A stretch of 64,000 nt of DNA from Malacoraja senta (Eukaryota), in the NCBI GenBank assembly GCA_038087875.1, contig CM075987.1, positions 25,670,001 to 25,734,000 of the forward strand, in the 5' to 3' direction. A model generated the notes under the pieces. That model was given only the letters and a program-made list of their open reading frames with translations, searched no databases and was not told where the DNA came from. Shown one piece after another: positions 49,098 through 61,827 of this stretch. The first letter of the stretch is position 1; every line of letters starts with the position of its first letter. The translations under genes and the position numbers were made by a program.

Positions 49098-50376
49098 TCT
49101 TGTACGGAGTTTGTACGTTCCTTAGAGTCATAGAGTCACACAGCACGGAAACAGGCCCTTCAGCTCAACTTGCCCATGCTGAACGAGGAGCCTTATGTAT
49201 ACAAGTCCCGCATGCCCATGTTTGGCCCATATCCCTCTAAACCCATATCCCAATATTCCCTAAAGTGGGAATCTTGTTTCTCGTAGGAAGGAACTGCAGA
49301 TGCCGGTTTACACCGAAGATAGACACAAAATGCTGGAGTAACTCAGTGGGACAGGCGGCAACTCTGAAGAGAAGGAATGGGTGAATTTTTGGGTCTGAAG
49401 AAGGGTCTCGACCGAAAGCGTCACCGGTCCCTTCTCTCCAGAGATGCTGCCTGTCCCGCTGAGTTCCTCCAGCGTTTTGTGTCTATCTACCTCGTTACTC
49501 GAGTAGAACTCACGCTGTTTGTTTGTCAGCTTCGTTGAACAAAGTGCTTTGTTGAAGCTGCAATTGCTTGATTAGCACGCAGCCTCAGATGTCACGAACT
49601 CTTGTGTTCCTGAATCAAGCAGATGTGTAAAACCAGACCTTTAAGCTCCAGTGACCATAGAATAGCACCAGTGGCCCATGTAATCACTGTGACTCATTTG
49701 AAATGGAATAGCGTTCACAAGCCAAGTGCAAGGTTTCAGAGGAGAGAAACACCTCCAGAGAGGCTTGGAACAAACAACGAGATGAATGATTCCTCTTCCA
49801 AGAAGCAAACGATGAAGGCTAATGGTTTGTTAGTACAGATGACCGTGGATCCTGCAGAGATGGCATCCACTTTTGCCAAATGGCTCACTGTGTACAGATG
49901 GTGTTTACTCACGGCCTTTCCATAAAATCGCAGATGGGTTGGTTGACAGTGTCTGGGAGACAGATGGGTGCAGTAAATGGAGAGAAGATGGTTTGGCATT
50001 CAGATGAGTTCAGTTTTGTTTTGTTTAGTTTTAGATATACAGCGCGGAAACAGGCCCTTTGGCCCTACCGAGTCCGCGCCGACCTGTGATCCCTCCCCAC
50101 ACTAACACACCGAGAACAATTTCGAAATTATACCAAAGCCAATTTGCCTACAAACCTGTACGACTTTGAAGTGTGGGAGGAAACTGGAGCTGCCAGAGAT
50201 GGTAAATTAATTTAATTTAATTTAGTTTAGTTCAGTTCAGTTCAGTTTAGTATCATGTGTACCAAGGTACAACAAAAAGACCAGATTACAATCAAGCTGT
50301 CCACAGTGTACAGATGCATGGTAAATGGTTTAACATTTAGTGCAAGGTAAGTCCGATAAAGTCCGATTAAAGATAG

Positions 50377-51487
50377 GTACACAAAAAAATGCTGGAGAAA
50401 CTCAGCGGGTGCAGCAGCATCTATGGAGCGAAGGAAATAGGCAACGTTTCGGGCCGAAACCCTTCTTCAGACTGATAGGGGGTGGGGAGAAGAAAGGAAA
50501 AAAGGAAAAAGGCAGAGGAGGAGCCCGAGGGCTGGGGGAGGGGAGGAGACAACCAGATGGCTGATGAAGGGGAGGGGACAGCAAGGGCTAGCAGAATTGG
50601 GAGAATTCAATGTTCAAGCCCCCAGGATGTAGACTGCCCAAGCGGAATATGAGGTGCATTTCCTCCAATTTACGGTGTTGCTCGCTGTGGCCATGGAGGA
50701 GACCCAGGACAGAGAGGTCAGATACGGAATGGGAGGGGGAGTCGAAGTGCTGAGCCACCGGGACGTCAGGTTGGTTATTGCGGACCGACCGGAGGTGTTC
50801 GGCGAAACGATCGCCAAGCCTCCGCTTGGTCTCACCGATGTAGATCAGCTGGCATCTAGAGCAGCGGATGCAATAGATGAGGTTGGAGGAGATGCAGGTG
50901 AACCTCTGTCGCACCTGGAACGACTGCTTGGGTCCTTGAATGGAGTAGAGGGGGGAGGTAAAGGGACAAGTGTTGCATCTCTTGCGGTTGCAAGGGAAAG
51001 TACCAGGGGAGGGGGTGGTATGGGAGGGAAGGGAAGAATTGACAAGGGAGTTACGGAGGGAGCGGTCTTTGCAGAAGGCAGACATGGGGGGAGATGGGAA
51101 GATGTGGCGAGTGGTGGGGTCACGTTGGAGGTGGCGAAACTGACGGAGGATCACTTGTTGTATGTGACGGCTGGTGGGGTGAAAGGTGAGGACTAGGGGG
51201 ACTCTGCCCTTGTTGTGAGTGGGGGGATGGGGAGAGAGAGCAGTGTTGCGGGGTATGGCAGAGACCCTGGTGCGAGCCTCATCTATGGTGGAGGAGGGGA
51301 ACCCCCGTTCCCTGAAGAATGAGGACATTTCAGATGCCCTGGTGTGGAACGCCTCATCCTGGGAGCAGATGCGGCGTAGACGGAGGAATTAGGAGTGGGG
51401 GATGGAGTCCTTGCAGGAAGCAGGGTGGGAAGAAGTGTAGTCCAGATAGCCATGGGAGTCGGTAGGTTTGTAGTGGATGTCGAAAAG
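50377..51487 (-). mobile_element. 5'-truncated Penelope-like element (Neptune-type)
   Basis: TSD ttaaagatag at 50367-50376 and 51488-51497; RT thumb, GIY-YIG domain and pLTR. Confidence 0.92.
50588..51481 (-). pseudogene. Penelope RT-thumb, Zn-knuckle and GIY-YIG endonuclease fragment
   Basis: DIHYKPTDSHGYLDYTSSHP (one in-frame TAA follows), PGTFPCNRKRCNTC, NLIYCIRCSRCQLIYIGETKRRLGDRFAEH, GLN end. Confidence 0.93.
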
Positions 51488-51614
51488 TTAAAGATAGTTT
51501 GATAAAAGGTGGCTTCATATTAATACCGTGTATTAGAATATGAGCAGTTGATTTCAGGAAGATGCCTGTTTAGAATCAGTTGAGATCCAAAGAAGAAATA
51601 CAAAAGATAATAAT

Positions 51615-51902
51615 GGGACATAGGTTTAAGGTGGGTGGGGAAAGATTAAATGGGAACCTGAGGGGTAACATTTTTACGCAAAGGGTGGTGGGTGTATGGA
51701 ACGGGCTGCCAGAGGAGGTCGTTGAGGCTGGGACTATTGCAACGTTTAAGAAGTTGTAGACAGGTACATGGATAGGACAGGTTTAGAGGGATATGTGGCC
51801 AAAATGCAGGCAGGTGGAACTAGTGTAGTTGGGACATGTTGGCTGGTGTGGGCAAGTTGGGCTGAATGGCCTGTTTCCACGCTGTATTACTCCACAACTC
51901 TA
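51615..51902 (+). mobile_element. CR1 3' fragment
   Basis: Homologous to 11800-12073. Confidence 0.85.
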
Positions 51903-52070
51903 GGATAAATGGAATGATGATCAGTATACCCTTGATGCTAATCCATCCAATAAAAAAATGTTAAATAGTGGAAGGATGATTGATCAGTTTATTGCTTTGA
52001 GTAGAGTCCATAATCCACTGAAATATCAGTGAATAAGGAGGTAAATTAATTTTTTAAAATGTGAAAGCAG

Positions 52071-52376
52071 TTTTAGTTTAGTTTATTTTAGAGATGCAGC
52101 AAGGAAACGGGCCCTTTGGCCCACCGAGTCTGTGCCAACCAATGATCACCTGTACACCAGTTCTATCTAACACACTAGGGACAATTTACAGAAGTCAATA
52201 AACCTACAAACCTACTTTTAATTGGAACGTGGGAGGAAACCGGAGCACCCGGAGAAAACTCATGTGGTCACAGGGAGAACATGCAAACTCTGAACAGATA
52301 GCTCCCCTGGTCAGGATTGAACCTGGGTCTCTGGTGCTGCAAGGTAGCAACTCTACCCATGCACCACGGTGCCGCA
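52071..52376 (-). mobile_element. HE1-like SINE
   Basis: Matches the SINE consensus. Confidence 0.82.
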
Positions 52377-52492
52377 TTTAGGTTCCTTTGGCCCATAACC
52401 AAAAAGCACCCATCCAAACAAGAGGCCCAAGGTTCACTCATAATCTGGACTTTGGAAACCTATAAATTTGGGATGATCTTCTGGCATCTCCA

Positions 52493-52838
52493 CAAGTTCA
52501 AATTCACGTTATAAGAGTAGAATTAGGCCATTCGGCCCATCGAGTCATCTCTGCCATTCAGTCATGGCAGTCTCCTAATCCCATTTTCCTGCCTTCTACC
52601 CATAACCCGACACCCGTTCGAATCTAGAATTTGCCTGTCTATGTATTAAAAATATCCACTGACTTGGCCTCCACAGCCCTCTGTGGCAATGAATTCCACA
52701 GATTAACTATCCTCTGACTAAAGAAGTTCCTCCTCACCTCCTTTCTAAAAGAGCGCCCTTTAATTCTGAGGCAGTGACCTCTGGTCCTAGACGGTAACAT
52801 CCATTCCACATCCACTCTATCTACGCCTTTCATTATTC
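52493..52838 (-). mobile_element. CR1 3' fragment
   Basis: FFSQRIVNLWNSLPQRAVEA on the minus strand. Confidence 0.83.
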
Positions 52839-53241
52839 TTACAGTCTGCTTCAACCTCGACCCTTTGCAATGGGCCAATTCCTGCCTGAACATCGTACCC
52901 TTTTCGTCAGATTAGTTGAGAAGTCGGCTAACCGGAGAAATCTGTGCGCAGCAATGCTTGAGACGATGAAGGAAACCATTGCTAATTGGGTTCAGAAGAT
53001 TATTCATGCCCCTCATGAAGGTCCATGGTTTTATTCTCTGCCCGTGTCAATATATTGATCAACAGTGGACTCTGTGGGACACCAGAGAGACTCAGCATGA
53101 TTTATTGTGGTCCTCTCTCTGTCATTATCAGCGGTGTAGTGTGAGTCTATTATTGTGCACTTGCTATCAGGGTCAATTGTGGCGGGTCACCCGATCGTCA
53201 CATTCAATGGGTTACATTAACTGGATAAACCTGTCACCAAA

Positions 53242-53601
53242 GGGCAGCTCTGTGGCGCAGCGGTAGAGTTGCTGCCTTACAGGGCTTGCAGCGCCAGAGA
53301 CCCGGATTCGATCCCGACTACGGGTGCTGTCTGTACAGAGTTTATACGTTCTCCCCGTGACCTGCGTGGGTTTTCTCCGGGTGCTCCGGTTTCCTCCCAC
53401 ACTCCAAAGACGTACAGGTTTGTAGGTTAATTGACTTGGTACAAGTGTAAATCGTCCCTAGTGTGTATAGGAAAGTGTTAGGGTGCGGGGATCGCTGGTC
53501 GGCGGGGATAGGGTGCGGGGATCGCTGGTCGGCGTCGACTCGGTGGGCCGGTGGGTCTGCTTCTGCGCTGTATCTCAAAAGTATACTAAACTAAACTAAA
53601 C
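53242..53601 (+). mobile_element. HE1-like SINE with internal 30-bp tandem duplication
   Basis: tagggtgcggggatcgctggtcggcg occurs twice at about 53479-53535. Confidence 0.88.
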
Positions 53602-53659
53602 AATTCGATAGTTTAAACTAAGGATAATGGTGAGGCCAGTGAAGAGAAATCAGGAGTGT

Positions 53660-53979
53660 TTTTAGTTTACTTTAGAGATACAGGGTGGAAACAGGTCCTT
53701 CGGCCCAACGAGTCCGCACCGACCAGCGATCCCCGCACGCCAACACTATCCAACACACACCAAGGGCAATTTACACTTACACCAAGCCAATTAACCTACA
53801 AGCCTGTACGTCTTTGGAGTGCAGGAGGAAACCGAAGATCTCGGGCAAAACTCGCACGGGTCAAGGGGAGAACGTACAAACCCCGGACAGACAGCGCCTG
53901 TGGTCGGGATCGAACCCGGGTCTCCGGCTCGGCAAGCGCTGTAAGGCGGCAACTCTACCGCTGCGCCACCGTGCCGCCC
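53660..53979 (-). mobile_element. HE1-like SINE
   Basis: Matches the SINE consensus; tail-to-tail with the previous copy. Confidence 0.88.
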
Positions 53980-55166
53980 TTTGATTGTCATATGTACTGG
54001 CAACGGAACAATGTAATACTTGCTTGCTGCAGCTCAACAGCACTGACATAATAACACTCACATAAATATATAATAATCAATAAATACAATAAGCTAATTA
54101 TCAGTAATACTTGGGAACTTTAACTATAACGTTAATACTTGGGAATAACATTAATAACAAATATAAAACTCTAGATATGGGAGATATTGCTCTGATATTA
54201 TAGATTGCAATGCAACAAATCTCTGTTGCTGCATTCAATGGATGCTCTGTTCTGAATGTTCCATTTAACACACAACAGGATGAAGATGAACAATTCAAAG
54301 ACATACAGGTTTGTAGGTTAATTGGCTTGGTATAATTGTAAATGTATAATTGCCTCTGGTGTGTTTAGGATAGTGTTCGTATACGGGGTGATCACAGGTC
54401 GGTGCGGACTCACTCGATGGGCCGAAGGACCTGTTTCCGCGCTGTATCTCTACACTGCTCTAAACTAAGGAGAGAACTCAAGGTGAAGACCAGACGTTGA
54501 CCCTACAAGGACAGTACGGTGGTCACTTCTGATAACGCTGTCATGGACAGATGCTGCAGTGACAGGTAGATTGGTGAGGACAAGGTCAAGTAGCCACAAT
54601 CCCAAAAGCAATTACTGTCTTTTCCCCCCATAACGACAGTCTATTACTGCTGCTGATTAAATTATAATCACACAAACATGAACAGGAATGGATCAGAGGG
54701 TTTTTTTTAAACGCACTCTTCAATTCAGCCTAATTTGGACATCGCTGTAAATAATCCCACTTATGCCTTGAATAAGCTCCAATTTACATTTTTCAGACTA
54801 AATTGATTTTATTAAATTTCGAAAGTGCATGGTAAATGATATCTATGAATTCCATTGCCCTTTGACATTGGAATTGGCCAGGATTTTGACAGATGCTTGA
54901 GCAGGTAATTACCTAGTCTATTTAAGGCAGGGTTGAAGGCAGATTTATAAGCTTCCAATGTAAGGGGCAGAGCACCTTCCGACTTAACCTTTGAGAAACT
55001 CAAACCCAGCTTTCAAACAGCCTCGCTCCACACCCCTCTCTCCTGAAGTTCCACGGGCTTTGTTCATATAAATACTTGAGAAGAATTTATTCATGGGATA
55101 AGGAAGATATAGGACAGAAGTGACATTGCGTCGAGTCAATAAATGACAACACGTACAGTATATTCT

Positions 55167-55748
55167 GACAATAGACAATAGACAATAGACAATAGGTGCA
55201 GGAGTAGGCCCTTCGAGCCAGCACCAGCAGTCAATGTGATCATGGCTGATCATCCTCAATCAGTATCCCTTTCCTGCCTTCTCCCCATATCCCCTGACTC
55301 CCCTATTTTTAAGAGCCCTATTGTCCATATAGAGCAGAGATTACATTATTTCTAGGGGATTTGCGGAAATTGATAAGTTGAGCAAGTTACTAAGTGATAC
55401 TTGGCAACATTTATCTTGAATTTGTAAGTTCATGAGTTCTAGGAGCAGAATTAGGCCATTTGTCCCATCAAGTCCACACCACCACTCAATCATGGTTGAT
55501 CTATCTCTCCCTCCTAACCCCATTCTCCTGCCTTCTCCCCATAACCCCAGACACCTGTACTAATCACGTATCTGTCAACCTCTGCCTTACATATATACAT
55601 TGACAGCATCCACAGCCTTCTATGGCAATGAGTTCCACAGATTCACCACCATCTGACTAACGAAATTCCTCTTCATCGCCTTACTGAAGGAACATCCTTT
55701 TATTCATTGGCTGTGACCTCTGGTCCTAGACTCTCCCACTAGTGGAAT
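55167..55748 (-). mobile_element. Two adjacent CR1 3' fragments
   Basis: (acaatag)n tail at 55167; second 3' end at about 55425. Confidence 0.78.
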
Positions 55749-57289
55749 AGAAATATATAAAATAATAAATGATATAACAATGTTATTTTGCTGCTATGAA
55801 GTTGTCCTCAGCACACCTAGATTACGCTGCCATTGATCTTATTAGATATTCAACATATCTTTCTATTTCCCTTTTCTGTAAATTATTTTTGAAGGGCGGC
55901 ACGGTGGCACAATATCAGAGCTGCTGCCTCACAGCGCCAGAGACGCGGTTTCGACCCTGACTACGGGCGCTGTCTCTACGGGGAATGCGGAACCGAGGAA
56001 GTCCCCAGGTGATGGATGACTAATTCCTCCATTCAAATCCAAATTAATAAGGGTAATAATTCACCCTGAATTTTTGAATGGTTTGTGGAATAAACATTTC
56101 TTGAAAAGGAAAAATCACTCAAAAAGGAATAACAAGAAGGGATGTCAAACCGTATCCATTGACGTGGCCTCCACAGCCTTCTGTGGCAATGGATTCCACA
56201 GATTCACCACCCTCTGACCGAACAAATTCCTCCTCATCTCCTTTATTATAGATCTTCTATCATTTTAAGTGATAGGACAAACTCAAGAGACCCTCGCCCT
56301 CAGACCCTCCCCCCCCCCTCATTAGCTGCCTCCTGCTCCTTTTTCTTATGTTCATAACCTGTCCTTCCAGCTACCTTCTTCAGCATAAAATGAATGGTAT
56401 TGAACCAAAGGCAATTTTATGCAAAATCAATGAAATACCCAAAAGATATTCGCTCGTCTGATGGTAACTGGTTCAAGCGTCCAATTGAAAGATTAGATGA
56501 CATCTGCTACGCCTGCCATTCTCTCACTTTAAATCTCTTGAGCAACATTTCCATTGGTGGCATTTTCAGCAACTGTAGGAACGTGAGGATGGTTTTAAGC
56601 AGGGGTGATATTGATTGGCTGGGAATGTGCGTCAGGAATGTACGATCCTCATTCCCAGCGGGGGAAAGGCAGCTTGATGTTGGGAATGCAAATGCCCAAA
56701 TCACCCCTTTGAGACGTATCGCCTAGCAATCAAATAATTTCTGCACGACAAGATGATATCCGCTTCAGATACACCCAAAAATCATTATTTATATGCTAAA
56801 GAGTTGAACAACATGCTTACCCTTCTCGGTTTCATGAATAAATGAATCACTTTGACAATTAATGCCGCTTGTCTAAATGCTAACAGCCATCACCGCCTCA
56901 CAGTGCAGCACCTACAAACACACACACACACACCGTGCTGTGACAGCTTGCGTATTGAAAATACTCAGCATGAGCAGTTAAGATATCATTAATCTCCATG
57001 CCTCTGAGGATTTGTTCCGTTCCACTGTCAAAGGTTGAAGAACAAAAGAAAATAAATAAAAACATGCTGGAAGAAAGCATTTATCTGTACTACAGTCATT
57101 TCGCAAAAACAACTATTGTTTAGTTAAGTTGAATTGAGTTGAGATGAGTTTAGTTCAGTTTAGTGCAGAGTCTGATGAAGGGTCTCGACATGAAATCTCA
57201 CCTGTTCCTTCTCTCCAGAGATGCTGCCTGACCCGCTGAGTTACTCCAGCTTTTTGTGCCTATCTTAGTTGAGTTGAGTTGAATCAAGT

Positions 57290-57731
57290 TTAGTTTATTT
57301 TAATTTAGTTTAGTTCATAGATACAGTGCAGAAACAGGCCCTTCGGCCCACCGAGTGTGCAGTGACCAGTGATCCCCATACAATAGCACTATCCTACACA
57401 CTAGGGGCAATTTACAATATGTTTTTACCGAAGCCTATTAACGTACTAAACCTTTAGTTTAGAGATACAGCCCCATTGACCTGCCGAAGCATTGCTGACC
57501 ATCGATCATCTGTACACTAGTCCTCTGTCCTACACATTAGGGGTATTTTACAGAAGCCAATTAACCCCCAATCCTGCACGACTCTGGAATGTGGGAGGGA
57601 ACCGGAGCACCCGGAGAAATCCCACGCAGTCACAGGGAGAACGTGCAAACTCTGCGCAGACAGCACCCGTGGTCAGGATCGAACCCGCGTCTCTGGCACT
57701 GTGAGTCTACCGCTGCGCCTCCGTGCCACCC
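57290..57731 (-). mobile_element. Two abutting HE1-like SINE pieces
   Basis: Tails at about 57290 and 57455; head at about 57730. Confidence 0.78.
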
Positions 57732-58144
57732 TATAACGCAGCTTAGAAAAGTGGTACGCTAACAGTCCACCTCCGTGCTTGGAAACGAAGTGAAATATGC
57801 ATTAGTTCCGGCTGTCCGCACACTGAACGAGATATTACAGGACACAAGGGGTCAGTGCATTTAATGACGGGGGAGGACTGACTATTGTTAATGTCCAGTC
57901 GGAAAATTTCCTCACTTCAGCACATCGCTGAACTGGAAAATAAAAATATGTTTTTTGTCCATTGGACCATGCATCAGATGGAGCAAACATTCATAATAAG
58001 CCCTCAAAAAATCCAGCAAAGTCAATCACTGCTATAAAATGAGTGATTATCGGCAACTTGAAGGAAGTCCATTGACTTTACAGATGGATCGAAAGAATAA
58101 ATCACGAATACAAAACTGCTGAGGCTAGAAAAGCTCTATGTTCA

Positions 58145-58630
58145 TTTCCAAGACCGCAAGAAATTGCAGCGATTTGCGGACGCAGACCAGACCATCACAC
58201 AAATCAACCTCCCTTCCATTGACTCCATCAACACCTCACGCTGCCTCGGCAAGGCCAGCAGCATAATCAAGGACCAGTCGCACCCTGGCCACTCCCTCTT
58301 CTCCCCTCCCCCGTCGGGCAAAAGGTATAGAAGTGTGAAAACGCACACCTCCAGATTCAGGGACAGTTTCTTCCCAGCTGTTATCAGGCAACTGAACCAT
58401 CCCACAACAACCAGAGTTTAGTCCTGAACTACTATCTACCTCATTGGAGACCCTTTGATCGGACATCACTGCTTTTACCTTGCACTAAACATTATTCTCC
58501 TATTCTGTACCTGCACACTGTGAATGGCTCGATTGTAATCATGTATTGTCTTTCCGCTGGCTGGGTAGCACGCAACAAAAGCTTTTCACTGTACCTGTAC
58601 TGTATATGATAATAATCTAAACTGAACCGA
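58145..58630 (+). mobile_element. Rex-Babar LINE 3' fragment
   Basis: KASSIIKDQSHPGHSLFSPPPSGKRYRSVKTHTSRFRDSFFPAVIRQLN matches the Rex1-type ORF end. Confidence 0.85.
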
Positions 58631-58843
58631 AACTGAACAGAACTGAACAGGTTTAATGTTCTGTGCTGAGTTAGTTTACCTCAAGGTGTCAGCTTGAGGG
58701 GGGAGAAGGGAATTGGGTAACGATGCCCACTTTAAATGACTCTTTTGGTGGAATCCAAGTCCGGAAAGACTTGGCATGAATAACCAGACAGAATAAGCAC
58801 CTGATGTTTTACGAACTCACACCTCAACTAGGATCACCGCTGT

Positions 58844-59130
58844 GGGCGGCTCGATGACGCAGCAGTAGAGTTGCTGCCTCACAGCACCAGAGACCCGGGT
58901 TCAACCCTCATTATGGGTGCTGTCTGTATGGAGTTTGTACGTTCTCTCTGTGGCCACGTGGGTTTTCTCCGGGTGGTCCGGTTTCCTCCCACGTCCCCAA
59001 AACGTTCGGGTCTGTAGCTTAATTGGCTTCTGTACGTTGCCCCTAGTGTGTAGGATAACTAACATAGAACTAGTGTAATCGATGGTTGGTGTGGTCTTGA
59101 TGAGCCGAAGGGCCTGCTTCCAAGCTCTAA
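58844..59130 (+). mobile_element. Diverged HE1-like SINE
   Basis: tRNA head, V-domain and tail. Confidence 0.8.
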
Positions 59131-59313
59131 ATATGTTCGCACAACAAGCTAAGGGCTGTACTAACTAGGATCCAGCTGGCAAGTGCCAGAGATAAACACC
59201 AAATGCTGGAGTAACTCAGCGGGTCAGGCAGCATCACTGGGGAAAAGAAATAGGTGACGTTTCAGGTCGAGACCCTTCATCAGACTCTGTCAAGTGCCGG
59301 AACCGGCAAGTAA

Positions 59314-59543
59314 AGGGCCTGTCCCACTTGGCGATTTTTGCGGCGACTGACGTATCAGGTCACCGAAAAATACGCGGCGTGATGTGGCGGTGACGCGGCG
59401 TGATGATGTATTGGCGCGCGGTGTTTTTTCAAGTGTCGCAACATTTTTTTGTCACCGCTGGATTTTGAAATGTTAAAAATCTTTTGGCGATATTGATATG
59501 ACGCCGGCAGTCGCCGAAAAAACTGCCAAGTGGGACAGGCCCT
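59314..59543. mobile_element. Harbinger-type MITE
   Basis: agggcctgtcccacttggc ... gccaagtgggacaggccct; TAA TSD at 59311-59313 and 59544-59546. Confidence 0.92.
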
Positions 59544-59962
59544 TAAGAATTTCATTGTTCCGTTTCTGGACACAAGACAATAAAACACTCCTGATTCTTG
59601 ACTCTCTTGTCTTTGATCAATGAAACATAGAAACATAGAAAATAGGTGCAAGAGGAGGCCATTCGGCCCTTCGAGCCAGCACCAGCCAATGAGAAAAGTA
59701 AAGTGACGGGTTTGTTATTGCAAGAACTGTTACAAATAGGGACAATATGCTGGGGCAACTCAGCGGGACAGGCAGCATCTCTGCAGAGAAGGAAGATTGA
59801 CGAAGGGTCTCAACCTGAAACACCACCCATTCGTTCTCTCCAGAGATGCTGGCTGAACTTGAGTTACTCCAGCATATTGTGTCTATTTTCGATTTAAACC
59901 AGCACCTGTAGTTCTTTCCTGCACTGTTACAAATAGGGTGCATAATTATCATTTATAATACA

Positions 59963-60217
59963 AGGTGGCGCAGCGGCAGAGCAACCCGGGTTCCATACGG
60001 AGTTTGTGCGTTCTCCCCGTGACCTGCGTGGGTTTTCTCCGAGAACTCCGGTTTCCTCCCACACTCCAAAGACGTACAAGTTCGCAGGCCAATTGGCTTG
60101 GTATAAAAATGTAAAAATGGTATCTTGTGTAGGATAGTGTCAAGGTGCAGGCGATCGCTGGTCGGTGTGGACTCGGTGGGCCGAAGGGCCTGTTCCCGAG
60201 CAGTCGCTCTAAACTGA
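59963..60217 (+). mobile_element. Internally deleted HE1-like SINE
   Basis: A box, partial B box, V-domain and tail. Confidence 0.8.
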
Positions 60218-60289
60218 ACGAGGCATGGCAGGCTAATACGGGCCAGTCAGTTTGTCAATAGTGGAGATGCCGATAGAGGCAGTCAAAAA

Positions 60290-60720
60290 ACATTAATCGC
60301 CATGTGGAGATTGACAAAGGAGAGGTGACACGGATTTGTTAAGGGAAAATTGGTCTTGACTAACCTGCTTGAATGTTTTGATGAGGTAAGAGAAGAGGTT
60401 GATAAAGGAAATGCTGATGTTGCCTAGATGAATTTGCAGAAGGCGTTTGACAAACGCCTGAACAAAAGGCTCGTTAACAAATCTGAACACTGTGGAAGTA
60501 AAGGGCAGTAGCAGAACAGAGAGAAGAAACACTGACTTCCAGGGAGAGGGGGGAGAGGAGTGACAAACGGCTGTTTATTAGATTGTCAGGGGGGTAGATA
60601 GGTGGCAGATGAAAGTTAGCACAGAGAATCTAAAGAGATGCCCTTTGGCAAAAAAAGATTGAGAGAAACTTTACACCAAATGGCAGATTTCTAAAGGGTG
60701 TACATGTGAATAAGCATTAG
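60290..60720 (+). pseudogene. Old, degraded CR1 RT fragment
   Basis: HGFVKGK..LTNLLECFDEV and LQKAFDK-like remnants. Confidence 0.6.
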
Positions 60721-61082
60721 TCATTGTGTGTAGGGAGGAATATAGATGCTGGCTTACACCGGTTAGACACAGAATGCTTCAGTAACTCGGTAGGCCTCGA
60801 CCTGAAACGTCATCTATTCCTTTTCTCCAGAGATGCTGCCTGACCCGCTGAGTTACTCCAGCTTTTTGTGTCTATAATCGTTGAGAGTTGGCATCGCATG
60901 TGGAGAGAATAGGGGCTCAAGTGACCGATACTACTGGAACCTTGAACAAAAGACAAACTGCTGGAGGACAGCAATGGGTCGGGCCGCATCCGTGGGGAGA
61001 AATTGGAGTCTTGAAGAAGTGTCCACACCCAAAATGTTGCCCTTCATTTCCTTCCACAGGTGCAGCTTGATATGCTGAGTTA

Positions 61083-61258
61083 AGCCCCTGTCCCACTTGC
61101 ACGACCTAATTGGCGACCTCTGCCGAGTTTGCCCTTGACTCATACTCGCATCATGGTCGCCACGAGTTCGTAGGAGGTCTTCGTAACTCTTCCTCATGCC
61201 CGTGAGTGGTCTCCGCATACTCGTGGCCTCAAGTAGTTTGCGGCGTTTTTTCCAGCAT
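61083..61258. mobile_element. Left arm of the Harbinger family seen at 3814 (truncated)
   Basis: TTA followed by agcccctgtcccactt; aligns with 3814-3988; no right TIR found. Confidence 0.85.
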
Positions 61259-61683
61259 GGATGTGTTAGTCCACTGCACGCATTTCCAATTGCCGTCTGA
61301 ATGGAATCTGACCAGCATAGATGTATTGATGATTGAATGGGGTGAAGTTAGCCTGGAGAAGCTAGAATTCTTTCGAGCTGAAGGAAACTGACTGGACGTT
61401 ATTGAGGAATCCAGGTGATTGTCACAGACAACATTTACTCTGACCTGAGGTTGCGTGGGTTAATAAAGGGACAGGCAGCTCAACGTTGTGAAGAGCAAAA
61501 TGCGTCTAACAAATCTGATGACGGTCTTAATGAAGTAACAGATGGAGATGGAGATGATCAGACAGACAGAGACAAAGAGAGGAAGTAGTGCTGAAGATAT
61601 TTTTATGTGTCCCTCAGAAATGTATTGAGCAAAGCCTAGGAGAGGACACACAGAAAGTTCATGATTGTGAGGATCGGAATGTT

Positions 61684-61827
61684 TGATCGATTGATTGATC
61701 AATTAATTGATCGATTGATTGATTGATGAATTAATTGATCGATTGATTGATCAATTGGTTGCCCGATTGATTGATCGATTGATTGATTAATTAATTCACT
61801 GATCAATTGATCGATCGATTGATTGAT
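61684..61827. repeat. (GATT/GATC)n self-complementary microsatellite, tail of a minus-strand LINE end
   Basis: Abuts ttattgtcac..., homologous to 9966-10058. Confidence 0.75.

Noticed and set aside
56394..56726. 110-aa ORF in unique sequence
   Set aside because: No recognisable domain or exon structure; the motif content fits a non-coding role better.
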